A DNA stretch of 64,000 nucleotides from Eledone cirrhosa (Eukaryota). Location: NCBI GenBank assembly GCA_964016885.1, contig OZ024742.1:310806001-310870000 (forward strand). Direction: 5' to 3'. The notes under the pieces were generated by a model, which made no database searches, was not told the origin of the DNA, and worked only from the letters and a program-made list of their open reading frames with translations. A program made the translations under genes and the position numbers. Shown piece by piece: positions 61,575-64,000 of the stretch. The stretch's first letter is position 1, and each line of letters starts with the position of its first letter.

Positions 61575-61725
61575 ATTCCAGTTGATTCAATCAACGAAAC
61601 TGCCTGCTCGTCTAGTTAACGTATAAGTGACTGAGCGTTCCTCAGACATGATCATCCTTAACGTAGTTCTCAGGGAGATTCAGCTTGATACAGTGTGTGA
61701 TAAGGCTGGCCCCCTTTGAATTCAC
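61575..61725 (+). mobile_element. SINE-like interspersed repeat fragment
   Basis: ccttaacgtagttctcagggagattcag...aaggctggccc...tttgaatt, recalled as a common octopus repeat, not verified. Confidence 0.5.
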
Positions 61726-62136
61726 ATAGAAAGATCGAACTACAGAGGAATAGTGAAACAATAGTTCTAAATAATACACAAATGGTGGTAGGGTTTTCAT
61801 AGATATAAATTAATCCAAAAGGGAACCGTAGAAATATTTGAATGTGAGACGTGTGCGTGAGATACGATCATTTACGCGTATTTGACACCAGCTGTTTATA
61901 TGTTCAAATCAGTGTTAATGGTGACTGCAAAGGTTTTGGTGGCGAGCTGTTATTTTTATTCAGTGATGTTAGTTTGACATGACAACTGTTCACAATTCTT
62001 ATGTGTAGTTACGGAATTAATGTTTGATTTTTCACTGCACACATATGTGCTTCAAGCTTTATATATATATGGAGGGTTGGGGCTTGTATGTCTGTATAAT
62101 TGCGTGTATATGCATCTTTAAACACATACACACTCA

Positions 62137-62212
<76 letters not shown>

Positions 62213-62319
62213 TATATTTATATGTATCTATGAATGTATATATAAGTGTGTGTATCTTCACCGCCAACGTGTTTTGCTCATATATTCCCTTTGAGCAAGA
62301 CGTATACATGGACACACAC

Positions 62320-62406
<87 letters not shown>

Positions 62407-62408
62407 TG

Positions 62409-63568
62409 TATTTAATACAATAACAGAGATAGTTTAAAACTAAACTCTGACTGGTAACCATCTCACTCAACAAACATTAGGTTATATTAAAATATAAACC
62501 CAATTTAAGTGTTTGGGGAGCTAACAATATGTATAATGTGGAAAAACCAGTTGTATTATTTTATGAGATATAATTAAAGTTAAAATATATCTCTCTTTCC
62601 AAACAATTGTTTCATTATAAGTTTTCTACAAGTTTGGGAGAATGTTTCCAGTTTATGTAGAAGCCCAATATATATTCATGTAAGAATATATTTAGGTGGG
62701 CACTTATAAATCATCAGTGGAAGCCCATTAAACATTGATATAAGAAAACAAATTTCTTACCGCTGTCAAAAATCATGTCCGTAAAGTTGCTCTCTCTCAC
62801 CTCGAATGACCGCCAAATTTGAAATTCCAGCAGTTTTTGACTGAGGAAGTATCATAGCGACACGAAGCGGGAAGGGGAGACAACCCACGAAATGAGGAAA
62901 AAAATAATATACACGCGGGTTAATTAGTTTTTTTGAAAACATTATCAATCCAACGTGTTTAAGAACTCAATTGAAAATAAAAAAATAAATATATGCTTGT
63001 ATAAATTACACACGCATATAGATATTTTCTTAGGCTAAATCAGAAGTTGTACCCGAATAAGAACCGCAGTAAATGCAGAAAGTTATGCTATAAAGGGCAA
63101 ATGGGAATATAATTCTCCGGCCGAATTATTAAGAGTAAAATATAAAACACACGCGGGTTAATTAGTTATTTCAAAACCAATATTAATTCCTCGTGTAAAG
63201 AACTCAATTAATAAAAGAAAATAAATACATATATGCATGTAATTATATACGTAGGCATATATATATATTTTCATAGGCTAAAAAACAGAGAAGTTACAAC
63301 CAAAAAAAGCCACAATATTTCACAACAGTAAATACGGAAAGTCAAATTCATAAGGTACCTGGAAATAAACACCTCTGGCCAATCAAGAGTAAATATTTAA
63401 TACAATAACAGAGATAGTTTAAAGCTAAACTCTGACTGGTAACCATCTCACTCAACAAACATTAGGTTATATTAAAATATAAACCCAATTTAAGTGTTTG
63501 GGGTGCTAACAATATGTATAATGTGAAAAAACCAGTTGTATTATTTTATGAGATATAATTAAAGTTAA
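62409..63568 (-). mobile_element. 985-bp monomer with 175-bp terminal direct repeat, internal duplication of about 240 bp and HHR-like motif
   Basis: 62409-62583 matches 63394-63568; minus-strand CTGATGA (62711-62717)...GAAA-ca..tg-TA-gaa (62625-62648). Confidence 0.65.
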
Positions 63569-63569
63569 T

Positions 63570-63756
63570 TGTTTCTACTTTTGGCACAAGGCCAGCAATT
63601 ACCCAGTACATTACTGGTACTTTATTTTATCGACCCCGTAAGGATGAAAGGCAAAGTTAACCTCAGCGGGATTTGAACTCAGAATGATAAGGGCCGTAAC
63701 TCTATGCGTCAAAGCATGGCGTCCGACCCTCTACCGATACTGCCAATCCACCGCCC
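63570..63756 (-). mobile_element. Full-length SINE with 20-bp TSD
   Basis: gagatataattaaagttaat at 63550-63569 and 63757-63776. Confidence 0.92.
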
Positions 63757-63812
63757 GAGATATAATTAAAGTTAATGTATGTATTTTATATATATAAATG
63801 AATAAATATGTG

Positions 63813-63886
<74 letters not shown>

Positions 63887-64000
63887 TGTGTGTGTGTGTG
63901 TGTGATGAGTAGTTGTATGCATTATTCTATATGTAAATTTCATATCAGTACATAAGCAGTACGGGTTTTAACCGAAGCTGCGAGAAATGTGTAGGTAAAC

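Overview
Eukaryotic, very AT- and microsatellite-rich, non-genic (intronic or intergenic) DNA. The SINE families and repeat style suggest an Octopus-like cephalopod (inference). No intact host gene is recognisable, and nearly all listed ORFs are microsatellite artefacts. Recognisable coding remnants are all transposable elements: RTE-clade, Tx1/L1-clade and CR1-like LINE fragments, a DD37D (maT) Tc1/mariner transposase pseudogene, two Penelope-like elements (RT + GIY-YIG) plus two GIY-YIG remnants, and tRNA-derived SINEs. The main signal is a dense set of about 10 distinct non-coding families carrying type I hammerhead ribozyme (HHR) or HHR-like motifs, nearly all inserted in (TA)n. They occur as (i) tandem or terminally redundant monomers (retrozyme-like 630-bp and 470-bp arrays) or (ii) fold-back insertions with a fixed 3' tail, a fixed inverted-arm end and a variable fold-back point, up to a perfect 360-bp palindrome. 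Several use the compensatory U3-A8 core (UUGANAA) instead of C3-G8 (CUGANGA). All ribozyme folds were paired by eye and activity is untested.
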